In this document: in pieces, positions 52,340-64,000 of the stretch
Layout: each line of letters begins with the position of its first letter
Numbering within the stretch: the stretch's first letter is position 1
Assembly: GCF_006345805.1 (NCBI RefSeq)
Contig: NC_043003.1
Location: forward strand, 54,932,001-54,996,000
Source of the DNA: Octopus sinensis
Lineage: Eukaryota
DNA length: 64,000 nt
Direction: 5' to 3'
The notes under the pieces: generated by a model
Databases searched by the model: none
Told to the model about the DNA's origin: nothing
The model's input: the letters and a program-made list of their open reading frames with translations, nothing else
Program-made: the position numbers and the translations under genes

Positions 52340-52720
52340 TATGCTTCCCTTATGCATAAACCGCAATTCTATAAGGGGAGGCATGCACAAGAATAGCCCA
52401 TGATATTTTAAATTCAACATTCCTTTCCTTAAGGTCATTAACATGTAATGCCAAAGTTGTAGAGGTCCTATATTTAGGATTGTTGAAAGAGCTCAGGTGG
52501 GATCGGTACCTCTGCTTAAAGTCTACTGTGATTTCAATATATATTTTTCTCTGGCCTCCTTCAGTCTCGACACTACATTTATAGACTACATTTTCCTGAC
52601 GACAATTTCCTCTAATCGGACATACTGATGGGTCCCCACAATTACATTTCTTCATTAGAGCACTTCTATTTCCAGTCCGTTGTATATCTTGAGCGTTGTT
52701 GTCACTCAAGATATAAATTT
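52340..52720 (-). mobile_element. Penelope-like element GIY-YIG endonuclease fragment with upstream Cys cluster (Neptune-type architecture)
   Basis: KKCNCGDPSVCPIRGNCRQENVVYKCSVETEGGQRKIYIEIT.DFKQRYRSHLSSFNNPKYRTSTTLALHVNDLKERNVEFKISWAILVHASPY shows CxC-x5-CP-x3-C, VVY..YI, FKxRxxxH and I.W.IL. It is truncated on the 5' side by a SINE. Confidence 0.85.
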
Positions 52721-52739
52721 ATATTTCGTATACACTTTT

Positions 52740-53117
52740 CCACTGTTACTTGTTTCAGTCATTTAACTGCGGTCATTTAACTCGACCCCGGGACTTATTC
52801 TTTTGTAAGCCCAGTACTTATTCTATCAGTCTCTTTTGCCGAACCGCTAAGTAACGGGGACATAAACACACTAGCATCGGTTATCTAGCAATGCTAGGGG
52901 GACAAACACAGACACACAAACACACACACGTATATATATATATATATATATACGACGGGCTTCTTTCGGTTTCCATCTACCAAATCCACTCACAAAGCTT
53001 TGGTCAGCCCGAGGCTATAGTAAAAGACACTTGCCCAAGGTTCCACGCAGTGGGACTGAACCCGGAACCATGTGGCTGGTAAACAAGCTACTTACCACAC
53101 AGCCACTCCTGCGCCTA
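52740..53117 (-). mobile_element. SINE family C, full-length young copy
   Basis: ttacttgtttcagtcatt..ttttgccgaaccgctaagtaacggggac..gacgggcttctttc..gggactgaacccggaaccatgtgg..acagccactcctgcgccta. Confidence 0.93.
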
Positions 53118-53554
53118 TATATATATATATATATACAGTGACTGAGACAAGGTGGGGGAGAAGGGGAGAAACAGAGACAGCGACACATACAATAGATAGA
53201 TTCCTACATACATAAGTATATACATCTATGGATCAACTATGACTGATTCATATGTTGATTCTCTTGTTGCTTAATCTGTTTAATCAGCCTTGATTAAGCA
53301 GCAGATATATGACAACAATTCAGTCATCACCATCTTGTTGTTCCTGTTATTATCCTTTTGTCTTCTATACGGTGCGACCTCAGGACTACAGCATTGAACG
53401 GATCATGTTTTTGAAATGGTATTAACTGGAAGATCTGAAATGGATTTGGATTTTATTTGTAGTAGGTTATGTGGTCACAACTACTAACAACTCCGTCAGC
53501 AACAGCAGCACTCCCCACACACAACCACTACACTCATTTCAATAATTATTTCTA

Positions 53555-53680
53555 CTCTAGAAACGAGACTTTGAAAACTTTTGGGGGAAGGGGGCTAGTC
53601 GATAACATCGACCCCAGTGCATAACTGGTATTTATTTCATCGAACCCGATAGCATGAAAGGCGAAGTCGACTTCAGTGAC
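53555..53680 (-). mobile_element. SINE family A 3' portion
   Basis: gctagtcgataacatcgaccccagtgcataactggtattt..atgaaaggcgaagtcgac. Confidence 0.8.
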
Positions 53681-54384
53681 TCATTTCAATAATGCCATAA
53701 CGAAGATAAATGCTATCACCAATATGACCGCCAACACCATCACCACCATGGCAATCACTACCACCACTCCTGACACCACCAAAATCAACATCACCACCTT
53801 CTAGAAGTCTCTACCACTACTATCACCACGAACAACAAAATGTTGGAAGCTGCCAAGTCGATTCGGATGCTATCGGTGGTGTATATGCTACTAGTATCGT
53901 ATGAATATTTGTGGTGCTTAAGTTTGGTGGGACCTCGGTTGGAAGCTGCGTTGGTGATGCTGATTTCATGATTTCGTTGCTTAATTAATTAGGTATTATA
54001 TGTACAATGTTTAGATACTAAATCTGACAAAGTAGTGTAATTAGGTACTAAAAATGACTTCTGCTGTATAATTACATTGTATTAATGTACGCATTCGAAA
54101 CGTTGCGTCTGATTTAATCAACACATTGATTGGATCTCGAATATATTCTGGCACTGGTGATTGTGTTGGTTTGCGTGGTGATAGTGGTGATGGTGTGGTG
54201 ATTGTGGTGGTGTTGAAGGTATTAGTGGTGGTGGTGCTTTTGGTGGTGGTAGTGGTGGTGGTAGTGGTAGTGATGGTTTTGGTGGTGGTAGTGGTCGTGG
54301 TGATAGTTTTTGTGATGGTTTTATTGGTGGTAATGGTGGTCGTGGGTGTGGTGGTCTTTCTGATAGGGTGGTGGTGGTGGTGGT

Positions 54385-54636
54385 GCGTGATGGTCTTGGT
54401 ATTAGTGGTATTAATGGGGGAGGCGGTGGTGGTTTGGGTGTCAGTCTTCAATGTGGTGATAATAGTGATAGTGGTGAAGATGCAGTGGTGGTGGTGGTGG
54501 TGGTGGTGGTGCGTGATGGTCTTGGTATTAGTGGTATTAATGGGGGAGGCGGTGGTGGTTTGGGTGTCAGTCTTCAATGTGGTGATAATAGTGATAGTGG
54601 TGAAGATGCAGTGGTGGTGGTGGTGGTGGTGGTGAT
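54385..54636. repeat. Perfect 126-bp tandem duplication inside a (GTG)n-rich tract
   Basis: The unit gcgtgatggtcttggtattagtgg..gtgaagatgca(gtg)n starts at 54385 and again at 54511. Confidence 0.95.
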
Positions 54637-55000
54637 GGTGGTGGTATTGTTGTCGGCAGTGGTAACGGTAATGGAAGATATTAATGGTGGTGGTGCTGGT
54701 GCTGTTACGGGCGGTGGTGCTCGCGGTAGAAGGACTGGTGGTGATGGCCACAAGTGGCCGTGATAGTGGTTTGGGCGCTTTGTGGTCTCAGTGCTGATGT
54801 GCAGCGTATGTGTCAAATAATTCTAGGATAATTGATGAGATAAAGCCTAGTGTGTGGGGGGGGAGGGATATATGGGGGTAGGGAAGCTGATGTGGCTGAT
54901 AAGATAATAGAACATAATGTAAGTTTGCTATTTCCTTAAACATTCATATCGGTCAGATCAGCGGCACTGTGCTACCTACAGACCTAGTGATCTATATATA

Positions 55001-55043
<43 letters not shown>

Positions 55044-55049
55044 TATCTG

Positions 55050-55148
<99 letters not shown>

Positions 55149-55799
55149 TATACATACATATACATGTATATATGTACACACACATCTATATGTGCGTGTG
55201 TGTGTGTGTATGTTTATGAGATTATTCAAAATTTAAGAGAGATAACAGATTAACAGCTTTCGATAGATGCCTATTAATCTGAAAAGTAGCGGCAACTGGG
55301 CCACACTCTCCTTGTAAGATGATATTGAAAATATTGGAGAAGCGGATGCGGTAATAAAGAAGACTGTTAGAAGACGAATAGAGGAATAAGAAGTGGGGGA
55401 CGACGGAGGAAGAAGATAGTGAGTGTGAGAGAGTGAGTGAGAGAGACAGAGAGAGAGAGAGAGAGAGGTGATGAGAAGGTTGAAGAAGAAGAATAAGGAG
55501 GGGAGGTGTAGGAGGAGGAGGAGGAGGAGAAGAAGAAGAAAAAGAAAAAGAAGAAGAAGAAAAAGAAGAAGAAAAAGAAAAAGAAAAAGAAGAAGAACAA
55601 GAAGAACAAGAAGAAGAAGAAGAAGAAGAAGAATGGAAACTATTTTCTTTAGTGAAAGTCAACCAGGTTATAATCTTAAAATTTATTTAGGTATGATATA
55701 TGCAGCGTTGCAATGTTCAATGTGTCCCTCATGCTGTAGGCTAGACACACGCATATCCACCAAAAAGAAATATATAATAATTATTTATATGTGTATTCT

Positions 55800-56010
55800 A
55801 TTAATTGCCTCAGTCATTCGACAGCTGCCATGCTGGAGCACCACCTTGATGCGGTTTTAGTCGAACGTATCGACCCCAGGAATTCATTTTTTTAAACCTT
55901 GTACTTATTCTAACGCTCTATTTTGCCGAACCGCTAAGTGCTAGTGACGTAAACACTCCAACTCCGGTTGTCAAGCGATAACAAGGTAGCAAACAGAAAC
56001 ACAAAGACAC
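55800..56010 (-). mobile_element. SINE family C, 3' half
   Basis: cagtcattcgacagctgccatgctggagcaccacc..tcgaccccagg..ttttgccgaaccgctaag..ggttgtcaagcgat. Confidence 0.85.
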
Positions 56011-56040
56011 ACACATAGGTATAAACTAATGTATAAACTA

Positions 56041-56443
<403 letters not shown>

Positions 56444-56467
56444 ATATATATATATATATATGATTAA

Positions 56468-56752
56468 GAGGAATGACCACTAAAGTGGACACCTAATATG
56501 CTAGACGTGAAATCGGTATTACCACGAATAGTGTGTTCTCAAGATATCTGCGTCTTTGCATACGTTGTTATTAACAAGTGAAACCATGGTACGTTGGTAA
56601 ACGTTTTATTATTTCGTATATTTTCATTTGTCTTGCTCATTTTTACATTTTAGCGTTTGCTGAGTATTTTCTTGAGAACATGTTCTTCGTGATAATGGCG
56701 ATTTGACATCTATGTTTAGCATATTAGGTATCCACTTTAGTGGTCATTCCTC
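56468..56752. mobile_element. MITE with TTAA target duplication and ~90-bp TIRs (Kolobok-like termini)
   Basis: TTAA|gaggaatgaccactaaagtggacacctaatatgcta ... tagcatattaggtatccactttagtggtcattcctc|TTAA, with TTAA at 56464-56467 and 56753-56756. RR..YY termini with a TTAA TSD fit Kolobok rather than piggyBac. Confidence 0.85.
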
Positions 56753-56789
56753 TTAATTTTATGTGTAACACAAATTTTAATCTTCGGGT

Positions 56790-56960
56790 TAATCTTTCAG
56801 TTTAATCTACCAAAATCCACTGATAATGCTTTGGTCGTCTAGAAGATATAGAAGAAGACTATAGCCTTCCTCCGACCAAGGTACCACGCAGTGGGATTGA
56901 ATTTGAAGCTATGTGGTTGGGAAGAAAGCTTCTCCCCACACAGTCACGCCGCCTGCACAC
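56790..56960 (-). mobile_element. SINE family C, 5' half
   Basis: tctttcagtttaatctaccaaaatccac..ccaaggtaccacgcagtgggattgaa..ccacacagtcacgccgcctgcac. Confidence 0.75.
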
Positions 56961-57190
56961 CGTAAGCAAAAAGAAATAAAGTAAAATCAAACAATACAGT
57001 ATCTCACTATAGGTTAAAAATTGATTTAAACGAATTCTCGCTTTTGATATTGATGTCCGGAAAGAAAAGAAAAGGAATTTTCCGGCTGATCCTTTCGTCC
57101 GTATTTTTTTTATCGCTGTCAGCTTACTTCCCAGGCAATCAATCAGTCTATGTATGTATATATACATATATGTATGTATGTATGTATGCA

Positions 57191-57514
57191 TAGCTCAGTG
57201 GTTAGAGCGTCGAACTTACGACCGTGAGGTTGTGAGTTCGAAACCCAAACCGGGCTGCTTGTTGTTTTCTTGAGCAAGACACTATATTTCACGTTGCGCC
57301 AGTTTACTCAGCTGTAGAAAGGAGTTGCGAAGTCACAGGCGCCAAGCTGCATCGGCCGTTACCTTTCTCTTGGATAACACTGGTGGCGCGGAGAGCGGAG
57401 GCCTGTATGCATGGGCGACTGCTGGTTTTCTATAAACAACCTTGCCCGTACTTGTGCCTGGAAGGGTAACTTTCTAGGTGCAATCCCACGGGAATTCTTG
57501 ACGGAATGAGGTTT
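57191..57514 (+). mobile_element. tRNA-derived SINE family D, full length
   Basis: Head tagctcagtggttagagcgtcg..gtgagttcgaaaccc (A and B boxes), ttcttgagcaagacact, ctcagctgtagaaa, and tail gggtaactttctaggtgcaatccc. Confidence 0.88.
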
Positions 57515-57706
57515 CCGATGTATGCATTTATATAAAAATGCATGTATGTATACATCTATCTATCTAAACAACAATAACTTGGAGTTTGAGATAAATTTAT
57601 ACGCCTAATAGTATAGAAAATATAGGCAGCTTTGAACCATATCCCAGGCCATCCCCATCTATAAACCAACGCTCATTTTATTTATTTATTTTTTTTTGTC
57701 TTTTAG

Positions 57707-57776
57707 GGCACTGATATGGTCAGATTCAGGTTATTTAACTGATTCGACTTTCATGAAAAGTTTTCAAAATTCAAAG
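57707..57776 (+). CDS. Candidate 70-nt internal exon (x)ALIWSDSGYLTDSTFMKSFQNSK
   Basis: Very strong acceptor (long T tract..gtcttttAG) and donor AAG|GTACTG. Only one frame is open (phase 2-0). No homology was established. Confidence 0.25.
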
Positions 57777-59133
57777 GTACTGTCAATATTTATTATCAGA
57801 ATTGTGATCTAATGATTGGTGGAGCACTGGGATCAATACGAATTAAACATATACTGATATTATAATTAACAGTGAGAGGGATAGAAAGAGAGAGAGAGAG
57901 AGAGAGAGAGTGAGAGAGAGAAAGAGAAGAGAGGAGAGAATCAGGGGAATGGCAGTAGTTAGATAGAAGTTAAATAGTGAGGGTAAAAGAGGGAAAGTTC
58001 TAGTGAATGAATGAATAACTGAATGAGTGACTTAGAGTGAGTGAAACGATCAGGGTGCAATTAAGAGAAGTAATGTAAAAGTTTACATGGTATATACATG
58101 AAAAGAAAAAAAATATATGCCAGAAATGTTCAGCTTTTACTTTGTACGGAAGCAATAACTTTTAACTAATGTAATTATATGTGCTTACGAATAAGGTTTC
58201 TCTGTTGAAGTTTCTAGATTCTGTATAATGAGTTGTCCTCTCGTCGTCTGTACCATTGTTAGAAATGTTACGTTAGGAAGTAGTAAAAAAAATTCTTTTT
58301 TTTCCTGGAAGGTTAATTGACAAAGTATAATACACTGTGTTTGTGAATCTCGTCTAATTTAACCAATAAAGTTTGGAACATCATTGTGAAGAAATACATA
58401 ATCTGTCACCACAGCCGCTCTGCAGCTACAACGACGACGGAGACGACAACGTTAACACCATTTCAGACGACAGCTCAGACGAGAGGGCAAAAACACGACA
58501 GGAGACACAAACCGATAGTTCGTTTGTCAAAGCATTTTGTCATTCTCTTGAATGGAAATGAATAATGATGAGAACATCAATGGAGAGGAAGACGATGACC
58601 ATTAAGGTGATGCGGAGGATGAGAATAATGATGAGAAATCAGAGAAGTTGAGAATGAAGGATATACGTGGACGAGGGTGATAACATTTTGGCGTCAGTGT
58701 GATCAAGGCGATAATAAGCATGATGTATTGGAATAAATGAATACGGTACACATACATAGCAATTCTTACGCACAGCGACACAAACGTATATCATATGTGT
58801 ATTTAGTTGTGTGTACGTGTGTGTTACAGTATGTGTATGTTTATATTCTATGCCATCTAGCTAGCTAATTATCTACACACATTCATACATATATATGCGT
58901 GTGTGTACATATATATACACTCATTCATATACACCCACTCATATATACGTATATACACTCACTCATATATACATATATATGCATATATATATATATATAT
59001 ATACACTCATATATATACGTATATACATATATATACGTATATACACACTCACTCATATATACGTATATGCATACAGATTTCGACAGGTACATATTAAGAC
59101 ACACAAAATACCTATATAAATAAGCACGCATGA

Positions 59134-59174
<41 letters not shown>

Positions 59175-59620
59175 CTTTCTCTCTCACTCTTACTCTCTCA
59201 CACATACACATGCTTCACACATGCTTCAGGACTTACGAGTATTGGACGGAAAAGCATGAATATGTTGGAGGTACTCAGTGTTCGCACAGATAAGTAAAAC
59301 TGAAAAGTTTTGAAAGTTAAAAGCGGAAGTAAATTCATTCATATTTCGGTAGATATTAAACATTTCTTCAATGTTTGGCTTCACAATTAACTATTTACAA
59401 ATTTGAGCTCGTAAGTATGAGTACGTATACATAGATACACGCCAAGTATATGTTTAGTTATATTAAATTCTGTTAAGGACGTAGTAAAGTACGTTACAAA
59501 GCTTGTCTACATTCAGATTTCATCCGCTGCTATCCAGTAGTAGTAGTATATTTAGTTCAAGATTTGCACTTGGGCTTCAGTAAATTGTGAATAGATAATT
59601 CAATAAGTTAGAGTCAACAA

Positions 59621-59787
59621 GAAGGAGTGTGTTTGGACTTTTATTTGCAATCACTACAATTGTTCTACGCAACGTAGTTGTCCAGAATTGTAAGTATCTA
59701 CACAACCAAATACGTACAATCACGGAGAACTATTTTGCGTAGAAACAATTGTAGTGATTGCAAATAAATATCTAACCATAGTCCTTC
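59621..59787. repeat. 167-bp foldback (hairpin) element
   Basis: Arms 59621-59697 and 59710-59787 are reverse complements with a near-perfect central ~45 bp (ttatttgcaatcactacaattg.ttctacgcaa). The loop is 12 nt. Confidence 0.9.
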
Positions 59788-59956
59788 TATATATTATATA
59801 AACAAGAAATTTTCCTTTCAAAATTTTCAAAAAATTTCATGCTCATTTTCAACATTTTGCAACTTCATGTTTTCTGAGAAAAACTGAGATTTCTGTGAAT
59901 TGTTTGTGTATCCATAATCTTCATATGTACCAGTTGTATTTGAGTACCAGTTAGAT

Positions 59957-60166
59957 TAGAGAGTGTGGTGAAAACTTTCTGGCTTTAAGGGTTTTGCAAA
60001 GCTCTTGACTGGAGGCCCAACCTTCCGAGTCATTTTACATGCCTTAGAAAATCTGCAAAAATTGTGTAAATCTGATAGGGGAATATGTTGAATGAAATCA
60101 TAATTAACTGATGCTTCTGTTTTTCTTCTTACCCAAGTCAGGAATTTTTCAACCTCCACTCCTGTA
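59957..60166 (+). mobile_element. ~210-bp mariner-derived MITE
   Basis: Degenerate TIRs tagagagtgtggtgaaaactttctggct / agtcaggaatttttcaacctccactcctgta. Homologous to 48217-48436. Confidence 0.75.
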
Positions 60167-60184
60167 CATGCATACATACATACA

Positions 60185-60237
<53 letters not shown>

Positions 60238-60294
60238 GCATATGTATGTATATATACGTATATATATCTATATGTATATATATTTATATATATT

Positions 60295-60326
<32 letters not shown>

Positions 60327-60499
60327 TATAATATATATATATATATATTATATATATATATATATATATAATATATATATATATGTATATGTACATGTAT
60401 ATGTATATATATATATATTTATATATATATATATGTATATGTATATATATATTATATATATATGTATATATATATATACATACACACACACCACACACA

Positions 60500-60538
<39 letters not shown>

Positions 60539-60825
60539 CATTTTATTTGAGTATTTCCTGCCAGCAGAGAAAGAGCCGCTTTTCTAACCTAGATCCAAGG
60601 CTCCTTCATTGGAATTTCAACATCATCAGCAGGGTATTTTTTACGTATGTATGTATGCAGATTTGTATGTTTTGTTTTCTTGTACATATGTATGTATGTA
60701 TGTATGTATGCATGTATGTATGTATGTATGTATGTATGGATGGATGGATGTATGTATGTATGCATGTATGTATGTATGTATAAATGGCTGGATGTATGCA
60801 TACATGCATGTGTGTGTGTCTCTCA

Positions 60826-60865
<40 letters not shown>

Positions 60866-61282
60866 GTATATCTCAATTAATGATATATGCATATGTGTAC
60901 TATATGCATGACTGTGCGTACATACACGTGCATCTGCCTGCGTGTATGTGGGCGCGTGTGTGTCCTTAAAGAAGTGGAGATATATAATCAGATTTAATTA
61001 CTTAGTTCTACTATAAGAAGTGAAGAAGTCAAAGCTGAGTGCTTGCCAGCATGCCAGGCCCCATTGAAATCAAATAATTTTACTGGTCCTCGAGAGACAG
61101 TAAATTTTCATCTAACTGTCAGTTCCGAGAGAACTAATTTTTTATACTAGTAATATCTGTTAGCTACTATACTCGCCTATCACTTTACTTTAATTTGATT
61201 TAAATTGAGTTTTAAAAAGTGGTCACTTGTTTTGCTCAGAATGCGTTAAGTCACTATATACACATGTGTGTGTGTGTGTGTA

Positions 61283-61339
<57 letters not shown>

Positions 61340-61363
61340 TTGTGTGATATATTTATTTATAGG

Positions 61364-61422
<59 letters not shown>

Positions 61423-61733
61423 GTAAGTATGTGTATATGTATGTATATATATATATATCAAAGTGTAAGATCGTTATTTATATACCGATCTTATCAGGTG
61501 GCCAGCATGGGAATAAAAACCTTCAGAGGTCATAATTATTATTAAAATTATAATTTAGGGTATATCAGAGGTACCATCACGCTGGAAATAGCACCCAAAA
61601 CTTGAATCTAAAGCCACATTAACTGTTCATATGAACATTTAATGTGGTTTTAGTGTCCAGTTGTGGATGATATTTCCAGTGTGGTGGTATCTCTTACATA
61701 CGATAAATTATAATTTTAATAATTTTGATTATG

Positions 61734-61780
<47 letters not shown>

Positions 61781-62462
61781 ACACACATACACACACATAC
61801 ACACACACACACACATATATATACATATATATATATATACATATATATTGTGTATCTTAATATGACTATATATAAACATTATTTTTTACGTTTTAGGTAT
61901 TCTTCTGGTCATATGTTTATTTCTAAATCTATTATATTGATCTACTTCTCTGTTCCTTCTTGTCTGCCCATCTCCTTATATAATCACTCTTTGAACAAAA
62001 CGTAAGCAAAATAAAAAAAAAATTAAAAACAAACAACCATACATAACCACACACAGACATACACACTCACAAACACTTGTATGTATGCCTCTGCCATTAA
62101 TGCGTTTTCGTGCGTGTAAACAACGATTTTGTAGTCACACACACAAACGTAAATACGTTATAACTTATTTGAAAATATGAATCATTGTGAATGTATGAAT
62201 GGGTGAATGTATGTGCGCGTATATATACATATAGTAATGTATGTATGTATGTATATGTGTGTGTTTATGAATGTGTGCGTCTGTATTTGCGTGTCTGCGC
62301 GTGTGAGTGTATACGTATTAGTGGTTACGAGAGCTTGTGTGCGCGCACAGTTATGTTTCTTAGGCAGAAAAATTGCCTTTTGAAAAAGTGATGTTCAGCT
62401 TAGCTAGTACGAAAAGTGCAGCACATACCCACAGAAATTCAATACAAAACATCACAGTTACA

Positions 62463-62534
<72 letters not shown>

Positions 62535-63404
62535 CATAAGTATATGAGTCTACCCTTAATGTGTGTTTCTTGGGTGTTTGTGCATATAGATATCTCTAAC
62601 TTAAATGCACATCATCGTATATAATACACTTAATACATGCATACATGCATAGGCACATACATACATATGTGTGTGTGGGCGAGTGTGCATGTATGTATGC
62701 TTCTATGTATTCATACATATACCTCCATGCGCACATGTATTATTCAGTCCTACATATGCACATCTGTTGTGTGTATTTCAATTTATATTTATCTCTTTAT
62801 GAACTATTCTTTATAGAATTCATTTCATGTGTTAGGAATGGTGAATCTCGTCTTCTTTCATTCTGAAAAATAGAAGAAAATTCTGTTTTCTTTTTCATTC
62901 TAATACATACTCATACAATTCCTCGTTTTGCCTTTACTCAACCCTTTTCATATAATCTTTTCGTTTAAATATTTTTCTATATTTCTTCTTCTTACTCTTG
63001 TCGCACAAACATTCTTTTCAGCACCGCTAAAGCGGCTAACAATTATTTCCAAATCTTTCTTCATGGAAACTTTATGTAGTATCCTCCGATATAAAGAACA
63101 AAAATAAAATAAACAGCCATAGCAAATACATAAACATAAAGGAATCAAACTATATATGCAAAAAAAGAAACAGCATAGAGAGAAAGTGATTATACAACCA
63201 AGCGCATGAGTAGGTTGACTACGTGGCACATGATACACATGAAGTAACATTAATTACTACAATCACTGGTCGATCAGCACGTTCCGGTGTCGTACGTAAA
63301 CACGTTGCGCTTTTTCAATGCAAGCCTCGATTGTCGTATAGATAACTTACAAAAGTAGAAAAGAAATGCCCTTTTCTTAGTCTTTTTTTTCCCATTATTA
63401 AATT

Positions 63405-63418
63405 TGTTGTTATTGTTA

Positions 63419-63485
<67 letters not shown>

Positions 63486-63540
63486 TTATTAATATTGTTA
63501 TTATTATTACTATTATTTTATATTATTATTATTATTATTA

Positions 63541-63582
<42 letters not shown>

Positions 63583-64000
63583 CATCATCATCATCAATAT
63601 TATTATTATTAATATTATTACTATTATTATTATATTATTATTATTATATTATTATTATTATTATTATTATTATTATCATTGTTATTGCTTCTATCATCAT
63701 CATCATCATCATCATCATCCTCCTCCTCCTCAGCATTATCATCATCACCATCATCCTCATCTCCCTCATGATCATAGTCATCATCATCATCATCATCCCT
63801 AAAATCAACAGAATCATCGTAACCATCATCGTCAACTTCACAAGTTTCATCATAATGATTTCTACTTCGTCATCATCAGTATCGTCCTCAGCATCACGAC
63901 CATGACCATCATTATAGTCGTCGTTGTCGTCGTCGTCGTCATCGTCATTGTCGTCGTCGCCGTCGTCCTCGCCGTTGTCAAAAGCTCTTGATTTCATGTT
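63405..64000. repeat. (TTA)/(TCA)/(TCG) trinucleotide microsatellite tract
   Basis: Direct reading. Confidence 0.95.

Noticed and set aside
54041-54751. 236-aa Thr/His-rich ORF ending PEYIRDPINVLIKSD..QCNYT, faintly Ig-like
   Set aside because: It is mostly (CAC)n-derived. The unique tail is short, ends in a stop, and lacks the Ig Trp or convincing splice sites.
57707-57776. Resemblance of ALIWSDSGYL to the dynein heavy chain motif F.FALIWS.GG.L
   Set aside because: The key GG is not matched, and a dynein gene would leave many large exons in 64 kb. None is seen.
58373-58561. Acidic 62-aa ORF (..YNDDGDDNVNTISDDSSDE..)
   Set aside because: It is derived from GAC/AAC-rich low-complexity sequence with a weak acceptor and no recognisable family.

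Overview
AT-rich, microsatellite-saturated eukaryotic DNA. The SINE families and repeat landscape point to a coleoid cephalopod, most likely Octopus (inference). Nearly all long ORFs in the supplied track are artefacts of (TA)n, (CA)n, (TAA)n, (GTG)n or (CTT)n runs. The recognisable content is decayed mobile DNA. It includes a 2.4-kb 5'-truncated CR1-group LINE (22711-25140), other CR1-group, RTE, L1/Tx1 and Dong/R4 LINE fragments, and Penelope-like pieces (a GIY-YIG fragment and three termini with minimal hammerhead-ribozyme architecture). There are also a full-length but dead DD37D/maT transposon, three mariner remnants, several MITE or foldback elements, a Lep1-like non-autonomous Helitron, and about 20 tRNA-derived SINE copies in four families. 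The only recognisable host-gene sequence is an intronless, frameshifted 5' fragment of PA2G4/EBP1 (32389-32660). A few short candidate exons on both strands suggest the window may be intronic, but no host gene could be established. I found no firm evidence of a previously undescribed biological system. The most interesting signals concern retroelement biology: hammerhead-like motifs with family-wide non-canonical cores, a ~140-bp target duplication around a Penelope fragment, a LINE/SINE shared 3' tail, tail-to-tail insertions in microsatellites, and a diverged segment grafted into a maT catalytic domain. Element boundaries were read by eye and may be off by a few to tens of bases.
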